The notes beneath the pieces are model-generated. The model saw only the letters and a program-made list of their open reading frames with translations. It was not told the DNA's origin and ran no database searches. From an uncultured Gammaproteobacteria bacterium (lineage in GTDB: Bacteria; Patescibacteriota; Patescibacteriia; UBA9934): DNA of 64,000 nucleotides. The stretch's first letter is position 1; the number at the start of each line of letters is the position of its first letter. The translations under genes were made by a program, and so were the position numbers. Shown one piece after another: positions 55,607 through 64,000 of the stretch. The DNA is taken from assembly GCA_964613815.1 (NCBI GenBank), contig CAZTKG010000006.1, positions 10,973 through 74,972 of the forward strand. Direction: 5' to 3'.

Positions 55607-56536
55607 ATGGATGATGCAACTCGTGAGGTTATCATTATTGGTTCTGGGCCTGCTGGGTATACGGCGGCTATTTATGCTGCTCGAGCGGATTTGAAGCCGC
55701 TTATGATTGCTGGAGATCAGCCTGGGGGACAGTTGATGTTGACGAGTGATGTAGAGAATTGGCCTGGAGAGGCGGATGGGGTGATGGGGCCGGATTTGAT
55801 GTTGAAATTGAAGAAGCAGTCGGTTCGGTTTGGGACGGAGTTTGTGCAGGATATGGTGACGGAGGTGGATTTTGATGCGCGTCCGTTTGTTATTAAGACG
55901 AAGGATAAAATATATCGTGCGGAGACGGCGATTATTTCAACGGGGGCGAGTGCGATGTGGCTTGGGATTCCGGGGGAGGAGCGATTGCAAGGGAAGGGAG
56001 TGAGTGCTTGTGCGACGTGTGATGGATTCTTTTTTCGTGATAAGGATGTGATTGTGGTTGGTGGGGGAGATAGTGCGATGGAGGAGGCGACGTTTATTAC
56101 GAAGTTTGCTCGGAAGGTGACGATTTTGGTGCGGCGGGATGCTTTGCGGGCGAGTAAGATTATGCAGAAGCGGGCGATGGATAATGTAAAGATTGAGATT
56201 ATGTGGAATACGAGTGCGGTGGAATTGCGTGGGGAGGAGAAGGTTGAGGAGGTTTTGGTGAAAAATAATCAGACGGGGGAGGAGACGGTTTTGAAAGCGG
56301 ATGGGTTTTTTGTGGCGATTGGGCATAAGCCGAATACCGGGATTTTTGCGGGGAAGATTGATTTGGATGAGAAGGGGTATGCGAAGCATGCGCCGGATAG
56401 TACGCGGACGAATGTGGAGGGAGTGTTTGTTGCGGGGGATGTGGGAGATAGTGTTTATAGGCAGGCGGTGACGGCGGCTGGGACGGGGTGTATGGCGGCT
56501 TTGGAGGCGGAGCGGTATTTGGCAAGTCGGGAGTAG
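55607..56536 (+). CDS. trxB: thioredoxin-disulfide reductase
   Basis: GSGPAGYTAAIYAAR (FAD), CATCDG redox centre and GGGDSAMEEA (NADPH). Confidence 0.9.
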   Translation: MDDATREVIIIGSGPAGYTAAIYAARADLKPLMIAGDQPGGQLMLTSDVENWPGEADGVMGPDLMLKLKKQSVRFGTEFVQDMVTEVDFDARPFVIKTKDKIYRAETAIISTGASAMWLGIPGEERLQGKGVSACATCDGFFFRDKDVIVVGGGDSAMEEATFITKFARKVTILVRRDALRASKIMQKRAMDNVKIEIMWNTSAVELRGEEKVEEVLVKNNQTGEETVLKADGFFVAIGHKPNTGIFAGKIDLDEKGYAKHAPDSTRTNVEGVFVAGDVGDSVYRQAVTAAGTGCMAALEAERYLASRE

Positions 56537-56626
56537 GTTTTGATGGAGGCTGTCGGGGTTCTCGGCGGTTTTTTGATTGAAAAAAAGAACCCCTTTAGGG
56601 GGTGAGGGTTTTGCAGAGATGTTGAG

Positions 56627-57241
56627 CTATGCTTCCGCGGCGGCGGAAGAGGTTGGGCTTGTCTGGAGGAGCATGGCGCGTTGGGCGATGTCGATTTCTT
56701 GAATGAGCCTTGCTTGGAGAATGTTGTTTCCGTGATCGGCGAAGCGGGAGCTGGTGCTTGATCCGTGGATGATTACGGATTGTTCATCGTTGGAGATGCG
56801 CGGGGGCTTGAAGTGCGGATGTGGGTTTCCGCAGTGTGAGCAGTAGACGTCTGCAATGGCCTCGTGGGGTGGCCTGTGCTCGATGGAGATGAGGCTGACG
56901 ATTTTGCTCGGTGGAGTGCTTGCGAGGTGGAGGCTTTGCACGATGCGTACTGCGGGTTGGGTGAAGCTCACTGCTTTTGCCCAGGCAGACATGTTGACGA
57001 GTTCGCCCCAGGCGTCGATGAGGAAGTCGATGATTCGAGTTCGGAGGTCTCCGTTTGGGTTGACCGTGCTCGTTGTCGATGCGGTGATGCCGGTTTTGTT
57101 GACGATGAGGGTGAGGTGATCGGTTTCGGTGAACGTTGCCAGGAAGGCGCCGAACAGATTTCGGAAACCGGCTTCGAAGAGGGGGCAGCTTGGGGTGCTG
57201 AGGATGTCGGTCGCGGTGAGGGAGAGTCGGAGTTCTTGCAC
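56627..57241 (-). CDS. member 1 of a four-gene tandem paralog family (hypothetical; C-terminus ...AAAEA)
   Basis: It has its own promoter (TTGACA-16-TATCCT at about 57270-57300) and its own terminator hairpin + T-run (56575-56605). The conserved 3' end is GCxGAAGCATAG. It contains CSHCGNPHP. Confidence 0.5.
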   Translation of the reverse strand: MQELRLSLTATDILSTPSCPLFEAGFRNLFGAFLATFTETDHLTLIVNKTGITASTTSTVNPNGDLRTRIIDFLIDAWGELVNMSAWAKAVSFTQPAVRIVQSLHLASTPPSKIVSLISIEHRPPHEAIADVYCSHCGNPHPHFKPPRISNDEQSVIIHGSSTSSRFADHGNNILQARLIQEIDIAQRAMLLQTSPTSSAAAEA

Positions 57242-57340
57242 GAGGTTTCCTCTTGGGTGAAAAGAACGTTTTTAGGATAGGTCGGTTGGCGTGGTTTTGT
57301 CAATAAGAAAAGAACAACCCTGATGGGTTGTTTGGTTTGG

Positions 57341-58012
57341 CTAGGCTTCGCCGGTTGGTTGGGGTTGCCATGTTCGAGCGGTCCCTGGGACAGGTGCGCC
57401 TTGTTGTTTTCGGGCGCGCCGCGTGTTTGCTTGGTGGGTGATTTCTGCCCGTATTCGAGTGATGATTTCTCGTTTGGTCTGGCGATTGAGCCAGTCTGCG
57501 AAGGGGTAGGGGTCTTGGCATCTCAGGAAGGCGATTCGTCTGGTTCCGTGCGGGGCGGCGAATGCCCTGGCGTGGTTTGCGAATTCGATGTGAGATTCTG
57601 CTGGAGGCTTGTCGATGCCTTGAACTATTCGCGGGATGTTTGGAAGGTCTTCTTCTGTGAGGTCGAAGGCTCGGACGGTTGCCTTGATTGTTTCCTCTGA
57701 GATTCCGCTTTCGATGTGGCGCGTGGCCTTGATGCAGATGATGCGGAGGAGTTTCAGGAGGTCTTTGAGCATCATCGTGTTATTGAAGCTTGGAAGCGCT
57801 CCGAGGATTGCGAATGTTCCGTTTGCCATGTCCATGACGGCCGTGATTTGGTCGCCGGGCTTCATGCGGTGGAGGATGCTGTTTTTGCATTCGGCTTCTG
57901 CTTCTCTGGTGATGTTGTCGCAGTGTGGTGCGGATCGCGCGATGAGCCGTTTGGAGCCGTCCTCTTCGGTAATGCAGATGAAGGTGAGGGAGATGAAGGC
58001 GGGAAGTAGCAT
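57341..58012 (-). CDS. member 2 of the tandem paralog family (C-terminus ...PTGEA)
   Basis: Promoter TTGACA-17-TACACT at 58040-58070. The start was taken at the ATG (MLLPAFISLTF), because the track TTG start lies inside the -35 box. A terminator lies at 57305-57335. Confidence 0.5.
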   Translation of the reverse strand: MLLPAFISLTFICITEEDGSKRLIARSAPHCDNITREAEAECKNSILHRMKPGDQITAVMDMANGTFAILGALPSFNNTMMLKDLLKLLRIICIKATRHIESGISEETIKATVRAFDLTEEDLPNIPRIVQGIDKPPAESHIEFANHARAFAAPHGTRRIAFLRCQDPYPFADWLNRQTKREIITRIRAEITHQANTRRARKQQGAPVPGTARTWQPQPTGEA

Positions 58013-58115
58013 TGGTGCTCGCGGTGAAAAGAACGCGTGGAGTGTATGGGGAGATGGGGGGTTTGTCAAGGTTAGGGAGATAAAAAAGAACAGCCGGGTT
58101 GGGCTGTGTGTTGGG

Positions 58116-58790
58116 TCATGCTTCGGCAGCTGGGCCGCCTTGCCAGTGAATCATGTGGATGTTGTCTGGCATGGGAGGGGGTGTGAACGGTTTTGGGGTC
58201 GGATTGGTTTGACGCCGCATGTGCATTCTGACTCGGGCGATGACGAGTTCTCGGATTCTCTCGTTGATCCATTCGTGGAATGGCGTTTCGCGTGAGTGGC
58301 CAGCGACGATTGCCGCGGTGCATTCTTTCCCTGGCTCGCAGACGTGATTGGGATTTGGGTGTCCGGTGATGTCGATGGGGACGCCTGCGGGCTGGACCCA
58401 GATGTGGTCTTCGATCGGATGGTGATTTTTTAAGAGTTCCATGATGCCATGGAGCATCTTAGGAGTCGCTACTCGTTTTGCTGTTGTTTGCGCGAGAGCC
58501 TCTGCGATCTTGATCGTTTTTGTCCCGATAGTTCTGACTGCGTTGATGAATTGCGGAGGCGGAGATCCTGTGAGGATTTCGACGGTTGTGTTGTCGTGGT
58601 TTGTGGTTGCTTGGATCGCGATTCTGACGTCGAGTACCTCTAGGGTTTCTGTTGGGAATTTTTTACTAGCGAACCGTTCCATCTCTTTGGCGCGTGGCTG
58701 AGTCCGTACGCGGACTTTTTTGACTCGCATTCCAGTTTTGGAGTGGATGCCTTCGGTGACACGGAAGGTGATGATGATGGGGTTTGGCAT
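58116..58790 (-). CDS. member 3 of the tandem paralog family (C-terminus ...GPAAEA)
   Basis: Promoter TTGACA-17-TATCCT at 58820-58852, terminator at 58082-58112, and motif VAGHSRETPFHEWINERIRE. Confidence 0.5.
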   Translation of the reverse strand: MPNPIIITFRVTEGIHSKTGMRVKKVRVRTQPRAKEMERFASKKFPTETLEVLDVRIAIQATTNHDNTTVEILTGSPPPQFINAVRTIGTKTIKIAEALAQTTAKRVATPKMLHGIMELLKNHHPIEDHIWVQPAGVPIDITGHPNPNHVCEPGKECTAAIVAGHSRETPFHEWINERIRELVIARVRMHMRRQTNPTPKPFTPPPMPDNIHMIHWQGGPAAEA

Positions 58791-58886
58791 GATGGCCTCG
58801 ATTGTGAAAAGGGCGTTGGGAGGATAGCGGATTTTTGGGGGTTTGTCAACTATGTTTTGTTGTATGAAAAAATCCTCGATAGAGGA

Positions 58887-59462
58887 TTATGCTTCGGCGG
58901 GGGTTGGGGAGGGGTGGAGTTCGGCTTGGAGTTTTTCCCTGATTCGGCGTTGGAGTTCTGCGTTCATGTATTTGTGGAAGGGGTGGTCGCAAGAGAGGCC
59001 GATGAGGATGACGGGGTTGGTGCCGGTTCTTGTGGCATTTTGGATGATGCCTTGAGCGAGCGACGCGTCGGGGATGATGTGGATGTGTTCGTGGAGTTGT
59101 TCTGGTGGGATGTGAGTAGCGTTTTCGCGGATGACTGAGGTTGGTATGAGGGGAATGGCTCTGTTGATCATGTTCTGTACGACGCTCATTGCAGATGCTG
59201 CCTTGCTGCGCATGTACGTTTCGAGTTGTGAGCTGATGCGAGCATCGGAGATTTCGATCGTTGTTTCGTCTGCTGTTGCGGTGATGGTGATGAGGCTGTT
59301 TTTGGTGAGTGAGGCCGCATTTCTGTTGTTTGAGAGAACTTTTTGGATCGCTGCCGTGAATGCTCGCTCTGTGGTGGGGTCTCTTGGTACTGTGCGGAGT
59401 CTCAGCGTGAAGCTGGATGGGGTTTTGACGGCGTGAAAGATGAACTTTATCGCGTTTGGCAT
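58887..59462 (-). CDS. member 4 of the tandem paralog family (C-terminus ...PTPAEA)
   Basis: Promoter TTGAAC-17-TATAGT at 59480-59515, terminator at 58858-58884, and motif LSCDHPFHKYMNAELQRRIRE homologous to that of member 3. The N-terminus MPNAI... resembles MPNPI... of member 3. Confidence 0.5.
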   Translation of the reverse strand: MPNAIKFIFHAVKTPSSFTLRLRTVPRDPTTERAFTAAIQKVLSNNRNAASLTKNSLITITATADETTIEISDARISSQLETYMRSKAASAMSVVQNMINRAIPLIPTSVIRENATHIPPEQLHEHIHIIPDASLAQGIIQNATRTGTNPVILIGLSCDHPFHKYMNAELQRRIREKLQAELHPSPTPAEA

Positions 59463-59575
59463 GATAGTTCCTGATTTGAAAAGGACATGGCGACTATATG
59501 TTGAACTGGGATTTTGTTCAAGCTCGCCAGGATTGGGAAGTTTTGTTACTCTTTTGAGGACATTAATGATTATTT

Positions 59576-59911
59576 ATGATGGATGTGAGTCCGCAGAAAT
59601 TAAAAGAGGAGGTGACCGGTGGGAAATCGGTTACGATTGTTGATCTTCAGGAGGCGCATGCGTATGCGCATTCTCATATTCCTGGGGCGGTGAATGTGCC
59701 GATGGAGGGGTTTGAGAAGGGGTATGCGGATGTGGTGAAGGATAAGGATTCGATTGTGGTTTTGTATGGGGAGTATGATGAGTTAGGGAAGGGATCGAAG
59801 GCTGGGGAGGTTTTGCAGGCGGCTGGGTATGAGAAGGTTGGGCATGTTGTTGGGGGGCTTCGGGGGTGGCAGGAGGCTGGGTATCCGACTGAGGGAGGGA
59901 AGGAGAGTTAA
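59576..59911 (+). CDS. single-domain rhodanese-homology protein (no active-site Cys visible)
   Basis: Rhodanese-fold layout (TIVDLQEAHAYAHSHIPGAVNVP...LYGEYDELG...GGLRGWQEAGYP). The catalytic-loop Cys is replaced. Confidence 0.6.
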   Translation: MMDVSPQKLKEEVTGGKSVTIVDLQEAHAYAHSHIPGAVNVPMEGFEKGYADVVKDKDSIVVLYGEYDELGKGSKAGEVLQAAGYEKVGHVVGGLRGWQEAGYPTEGGKES

Positions 59912-59924
59912 GGGGTGAAAACGG

Positions 59925-60074
59925 GCCGAAGTTGCACTCTGGGTATGGTGCGACGTCGGGTCGGGACACCTTTAGCGTCCATACCGTTAATTTTGGCTAC
60001 AGGATGGATGGGTGAGGAGCGGCGGTGTCATATCCTCCGCCTCCTTACGCACCATACCCAGAGTGCAACTTCGG
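59925..60074. repeat. 30-bp perfect inverted repeat (gggccgaagttgcactctgggtatggtgcg / cgcaccatacccagagtgcaacttcggccc) enclosing a 90-nt GC-rich loop, 25 nt upstream of leuS
   Basis: Seen directly. Both arms are exact reverse complements. Confidence 0.75.
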
Positions 60075-60098
60075 CCCGTTTTGATTATTTATATTTGT

Positions 60099-63095
60099 AT
60101 GCAATTTGATCATAAGAAGATTGATAAGAAATGGCAGGAGCGGTATGAGGCTGAGGAGCCTTTTAAGGCTTTGGATGATTCTGATAAGGAGAAGGTTTAT
60201 CATCTTGTTGAGTTTCCTTATCCGAGTGGAGCGGGGCTTCATGTTGGGCATGTTCGGAGTTATACAGCGCTTGATATTGTGAGTCGGAAAGCTCGGATGT
60301 TGGGAAAGGAAGTTTTGTATCCGATTGGATGGGATGCGTTTGGGTTGCCGACGGAGAATTATGCGATTAAGACGGGGCGGTTGCCTGCGGAGGTGACGAA
60401 GGAAAATATTGATACGTTTCGGCGTCAGCTCAAGGCGCTTGGGATTGGGTTTGACTGGAGTCGGGAAGTGGATACGACGGATCCGAATTATTATAAGTGG
60501 ACGCAGTGGATGTTTTTGCAGTTTTTTGATGCGGGGCTTGCGTATAAGGCGACAGTGCCGATTAATTGGTGTTTGAGTTGTAAGATTGGGCTTGCGAATG
60601 AGGAGGTGGTTGCTGGGGCTTGTGAGCGTTGTGGGGGTGAAGTTGAGAAGCGAGATAAAGAGCAGTGGATGATTCGGATTACGGATTATGCGGAGCGGCT
60701 TTTGGAAGGGTTGGATGAGGTGGATTATTTGCCGCAGATTGCGAAGCAGCAGTGGGATTGGATTGGGAAGAGTGAGGGATGTGATATTGATTTTGTGGTT
60801 TCTGGTGAGGGAGTGGAAGAGATTGTTGTGGCGACGGGGAATGAGGCGAAGGTTGCGCGGGTGAAGAAATTGCTTGGGCGTGTTTGTGCTGGAGTGAAGG
60901 TTTTCTCGATTAGCGATGCTGGACTTGAAAAGGTTGAGGTTGAGGAGGATGGGTCGCTTGTGGAGAATGCGCGGAAGAAGGCAGTGGCTTATATTGGAAA
61001 AACTGATAAGCCTGTGCTTGGGATGGATACGGCGTTTTATATTGATGGGGAGGAGATTGATCCTTTGGCGGTGAAGCGGAATGCTTTGGGAGGTGCGGAT
61101 GAGAAGGATTTTTCGCAGGAGGAGATTGCGGAGAAGATGCATGCGTTTTATCGGAAGATTGCGGAAAAGCATGGTGGGGATGTTGAGGCGTATTTTGAGG
61201 ATGCGAGTGTGTTGATTTTTGCTGATGGGAGTGAGCGGGTTGAGGTGAATCAGCGGGCGGTTATTTTGACATCGGAAGCGGTTGGGGAGCGGGAGTTGTA
61301 TTTTCCTGTGCGGAATATGTATAAGGTTGCGGCGACGGGGAAGTATGTTGCTGATTCTGATGAGGAGGATGAGTTTGTTGAGCTTGTAAGTTTGATGGGT
61401 GCCTTGCGGAATGTTTGTGCGCCGAGTTTGTGTGTGTTTACGACGCGGCCGGATACGCTTTTTGGGGCGACGTATATGGTTTTGGCGCCGGAGCATCCTA
61501 TGGTTGACGCGTTGACGATTGATGATCAGAAAAAGGTAGTTGATGATTATGTGAAGGCGGCTGGGAGGATTTCTGATCGGGATCGGGGGGATGCTGGTCG
61601 GGAGAAGACGGGGGTGTTTACGGGGGCGTATGTGATTAATCCTGTGAATGATGAAAAGATTCCTGTTTGGGTGGCTGATTATGTCTTGATGGGATATGGG
61701 ACTGGAGCGATTATGGCGGTGCCGGGGCATGATGAGCGGGATTGGGCGTTTGCGAAGAAATTTGAAATTGATATTCGGGAGGTGGTTTCTGGAGGTGATG
61801 TTGATGAGGAGGCGTATGTTGGTGATGGGGAGATTGTGAATAGTGATTTTTTGGATGGGAAGCCTGTAGCGGAAGCGAAGGAATTGATGATGGAGCGACT
61901 TGTGGAGATGGGGGTTGGGCGTGCGAAGGTGAATTATAAACTTCGGGATTGGGTGTTTAGTCGGCAGCGGTATTGGGGGGAGCCTATTCCTTTGGTGCAT
62001 TGTGAGGATTGTGGATGGGTGCCGGTTTCTGATGGGGAGTTGCCTGTTGTGCTTCCTGTGGTTGAGAAATATGAGCCTACGGATAGTGGGGAGAGTCCGC
62101 TTGCGGCGATTGAGGAGTGGGTGCAGACATCGTGTCCTGCGTGTGGAGAGGGGGCTCGGCGGGAGACGGATACGATGCCGAATTGGGCTGGGTCTAGTTG
62201 GTATTTTTTGCGGTATGTTGATGCGCGGAATGATGAGGAGTTTGCATCAAAGGAAAAGCTTGCTGCATGGATGCCGGTGAATTTGTATAACGGGGGGATG
62301 GAGCATACGACGCTTCATTTGTTGTATTCTCGGTTTTGGAATATGTTCTTGTTTGACCGAGGATTGGTTCCGACGAGCGAACCTTATGCGAGGCGACATA
62401 GTCATGGGATGGTGCTTGCGCATGATGGATTGAAGATGAGTAAGTCGAAGGGGAACACGGTGAATCCGGATGAGATTTTGGAAGGACTTGGAGCGGATGC
62501 GCTTCGGATGTACGAGATGTTTATGGGGCCGTTTGAAGATGCGATTCCTTGGAACGAGCAGGGGCTTGTGGGGGTTCGGCGATTTTTGGATAAGGTTTGG
62601 CGGTTGCAGGAGAAGGTATCGGATAGCGAAGATGAGAGTGTGACTCGCGCGGTTCATAAGATGGTGAAGAAGGTTGGAGAGGATGTTGATGGGATGCGGT
62701 TTAATACGGCGGTGAGTGCGTTTATGATTTGTGTGAATGTGATTCAGGAGGCGGGGAGTGTGACGAAGGATTCGCTTGTGATGATGTTGACGGCTTTGAA
62801 TCCGTTTGCGCCGCATGTGACGAATGAGATGTATGAGATTTTGGGAGGAGAGGGACTTTTGGAGAAGTCTGCGTGGCCTGTTTATGATGAAGGGTTGGTG
62901 GTTGATGATGAGGTGACGGTTGCGGTGCAGGTGAATGGGAAGTTGCGTGGGAAGATTGTGGTGCGTGTGGATGCTGCGGAGGTTGATGTGGTTGAGACGG
63001 CGAAGGGGGAGGAGAATGTGGTGAAGTTTTTGGAGGGGGTTGATATTAAGAAGACGGTTTATGTGAAGGGGAGGTTGGTGAATTTTGTGGTTTGA
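60099..63095 (+). CDS. leuS: leucyl-tRNA synthetase carrying an about 210-aa Ham1/ITPase-like insertion
   Basis: HVGHVRSY (HIGH), KMSKS, Zn-knuckle cysteines and the CP1 editing core (FTTRPDTLFGAT...GTGAIMAVPGHDERD). Between the Zn module and CP1 lies EIVVATGNEAKVARVKKLL...VENARKKAVAYIGKTDKPVLGMD..., matching the RdgB/Ham1 signature VLATGNxGKxxE...ENAxxKA...PxLgDDSG. Confidence 0.9.
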   Translation: MQFDHKKIDKKWQERYEAEEPFKALDDSDKEKVYHLVEFPYPSGAGLHVGHVRSYTALDIVSRKARMLGKEVLYPIGWDAFGLPTENYAIKTGRLPAEVTKENIDTFRRQLKALGIGFDWSREVDTTDPNYYKWTQWMFLQFFDAGLAYKATVPINWCLSCKIGLANEEVVAGACERCGGEVEKRDKEQWMIRITDYAERLLEGLDEVDYLPQIAKQQWDWIGKSEGCDIDFVVSGEGVEEIVVATGNEAKVARVKKLLGRVCAGVKVFSISDAGLEKVEVEEDGSLVENARKKAVAYIGKTDKPVLGMDTAFYIDGEEIDPLAVKRNALGGADEKDFSQEEIAEKMHAFYRKIAEKHGGDVEAYFEDASVLIFADGSERVEVNQRAVILTSEAVGERELYFPVRNMYKVAATGKYVADSDEEDEFVELVSLMGALRNVCAPSLCVFTTRPDTLFGATYMVLAPEHPMVDALTIDDQKKVVDDYVKAAGRISDRDRGDAGREKTGVFTGAYVINPVNDEKIPVWVADYVLMGYGTGAIMAVPGHDERDWAFAKKFEIDIREVVSGGDVDEEAYVGDGEIVNSDFLDGKPVAEAKELMMERLVEMGVGRAKVNYKLRDWVFSRQRYWGEPIPLVHCEDCGWVPVSDGELPVVLPVVEKYEPTDSGESPLAAIEEWVQTSCPACGEGARRETDTMPNWAGSSWYFLRYVDARNDEEFASKEKLAAWMPVNLYNGGMEHTTLHLLYSRFWNMFLFDRGLVPTSEPYARRHSHGMVLAHDGLKMSKSKGNTVNPDEILEGLGADALRMYEMFMGPFEDAIPWNEQGLVGVRRFLDKVWRLQEKVSDSEDESVTRAVHKMVKKVGEDVDGMRFNTAVSAFMICVNVIQEAGSVTKDSLVMMLTALNPFAPHVTNEMYEILGGEGLLEKSAWPVYDEGLVVDDEVTVAVQVNGKLRGKIVVRVDAAEVDVVETAKGEENVVKFLEGVDIKKTVYVKGRLVNFVV

Positions 63096-63176
63096 CCCAT
63101 CTCGACTGAGCGAAGTGAATGGAGAGATCTGATAGTGGCAGAGCTGCAAGATTTCTCCGCGATGGTCGAGATGGGA
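63089..63176. repeat. complete long-form copy of the inverted-repeat element directly after the leuS stop
   Basis: Arms cccatctcgactgagcgaagtgaatggagagatct / agatttctccgcgatggtcgagatggg with centre gatagtggcagagctgca, then agatgttgggggg. Confidence 0.7.
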
Positions 63177-63315
63177 GATGTTGGGGGGATTTTGTGAAGT
63201 AATGTGGATGGATCAGTTGACTTAGGTTCGCCATCGGGAGAGAATAGAGACATAGAAGCCCTTGGTTGAATGTATTTTCAACTGGGGGTTTTCGAATTAG
63301 TGATATACTTTTTTT

Positions 63316-64000
63316 ATGCATGGAGGGCATAAACATTCTCGGGTGGCAGGATCGCATCGGTTTGACGTGCGGCATTTTAGTTCTCTGACGAAATTGAGTT
63401 TGAATCGGCTTATTGGGTTTGTGGCGATTGGATTGCTTGGGTTGTATTTTCCGATTTTTTTGTATGAGCTTTTAGGTGGAAATTTGTGGTGGCTCATGGG
63501 ACTTTATTTCATTAGTTTTTTGTTTCGGGTGCTCTTGTTTCCTGTGGCGGGGAAAGTGATTGGGAAGATTGGACTTGTGGCGAGCATGATTATTGGGCTG
63601 ATTGCTTGGATTGCGGAGTTTGTGTTTTTGTGGCTTTTGGAATTGTCTGGGGTGCCGAATGCGCTTCTTTTGGGTGCGGTGATTTTGACGGTTGGAATTT
63701 ATGTGGCGATGTATTGGGCGCCTTATCATGTGGAGTATGCGGAGGTGAGTAAAAAGGGGAAGCGCGGGAAAGAGGTGAGCGGGTTATATGCGGCGCAGCA
63801 GGTGATTGGGATTGTGATGCCGCTTGTGGCGGCGTGGTTAATTTCGACGATTGGATATAGTGCGCTTTTTGTGGGGAGCTTGATTGTGGCGGCGGTATCT
63901 ATTATTCCTTTGTTTGGGTTGAAGAATGAGAAGGTGGTTTATGAGTTTGGATATTTGGAGACGTTTAAGAAAGCGTTTGAAGGGGATTTTAAATATTTGA
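63316..64000 (+). CDS. MFS-type transporter, N-terminal part (continues beyond the window end)
   Basis: Manual translation from the ATG at 63316 gives at least 6 TM helices (GLLGLYFPIFLYELLGG..., LVASMIIGLIAWIAEFVF..., LLLGAVILTVGIYVAMYWAP...) with no stop before 64000. Confidence 0.6.
   Translation, partial: MHGGHKHSRVAGSHRFDVRHFSSLTKLSLNRLIGFVAIGLLGLYFPIFLYELLGGNLWWLMGLYFISFLFRVLLFPVAGKVIGKIGLVASMIIGLIAWIAEFVFLWLLELSGVPNALLLGAVILTVGIYVAMYWAPYHVEYAEVSKKGKRGKEVSGLYAAQQVIGIVMPLVAAWLISTIGYSALFVGSLIVAAVSIIPLFGLKNEKVVYEFGYLETFKKAFEGDFKYL

Noticed and set aside
59925-60098. T-box riboswitch upstream of leuS
   Set aside because: There is no T-box consensus (AGGGUGGNACCGCG) and no specifier-loop architecture. 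The structure is a simple giant hairpin.
60045-62000. 651-aa minus-strand ORF
   Set aside because: It is antisense to leuS and has nonsense composition.
1-64000. CRISPR array, rRNA genes
   Set aside because: No regularly spaced direct repeats with unique spacers were seen. No 16S/23S/5S-like conserved blocks were seen.

Overview
The window is a gene-dense bacterial chromosome segment of about 50% GC that uses the standard genetic code (TGA is a stop). Gene content and the low-complexity protein tails suggest a small-genome, possibly CPR-like organism.

Housekeeping genes are clear. They include recQ (5' part), tsaD, tsaE, pilB/gspE, ftsH, rpsA, gyrA, rpmF, nusB, rnc, proS, hup, rny, truB, infB, trxA, trxB and leuS. 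There are also a tRNA-Lys(CUU) and a tRNA-Arg(UCG).

Between these genes sits accessory material. It includes four toxin-antitoxin modules (Doc/AbrB, VapBC-like and two RelE-type), a Pif1/RecD-like helicase, two NUDIX genes, two PP2C phosphatases, an atypical kinase and a Hanks kinase.

The most striking locus is a minus-strand operon at about 12.7-17.6 kb. It encodes, in order, a PP2C phosphatase, an atypical kinase with a Zn-ribbon, a PncA-type nicotinamidase and a TerY-like vWA protein. This is a TerY-P-like phospho-switch triad carrying an embedded NAD-salvage amidase. An NrtR-like (Nudix + wHTH) regulator gene lies directly upstream. The two distal genes have duplicated, conserved 5' leaders.

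Other notable signals are listed below.
- A dispersed inverted-repeat element family occurs at 5 loci, some fused onto gene 3' ends.
- A conserved 40-bp promoter-upstream motif occurs at three promoters.
- A tandem array holds four paralogous single-gene cassettes.
- A locus of about 750 nt (or about 465 nt read on the other strand) has no convincing ORF but has a consensus promoter, an operator palindrome and terminators.
- LeuRS carries an inserted Ham1/ITPase-like domain.
- A 30-bp perfect inverted repeat sits in front of leuS.

No CRISPR array or rRNA was seen.
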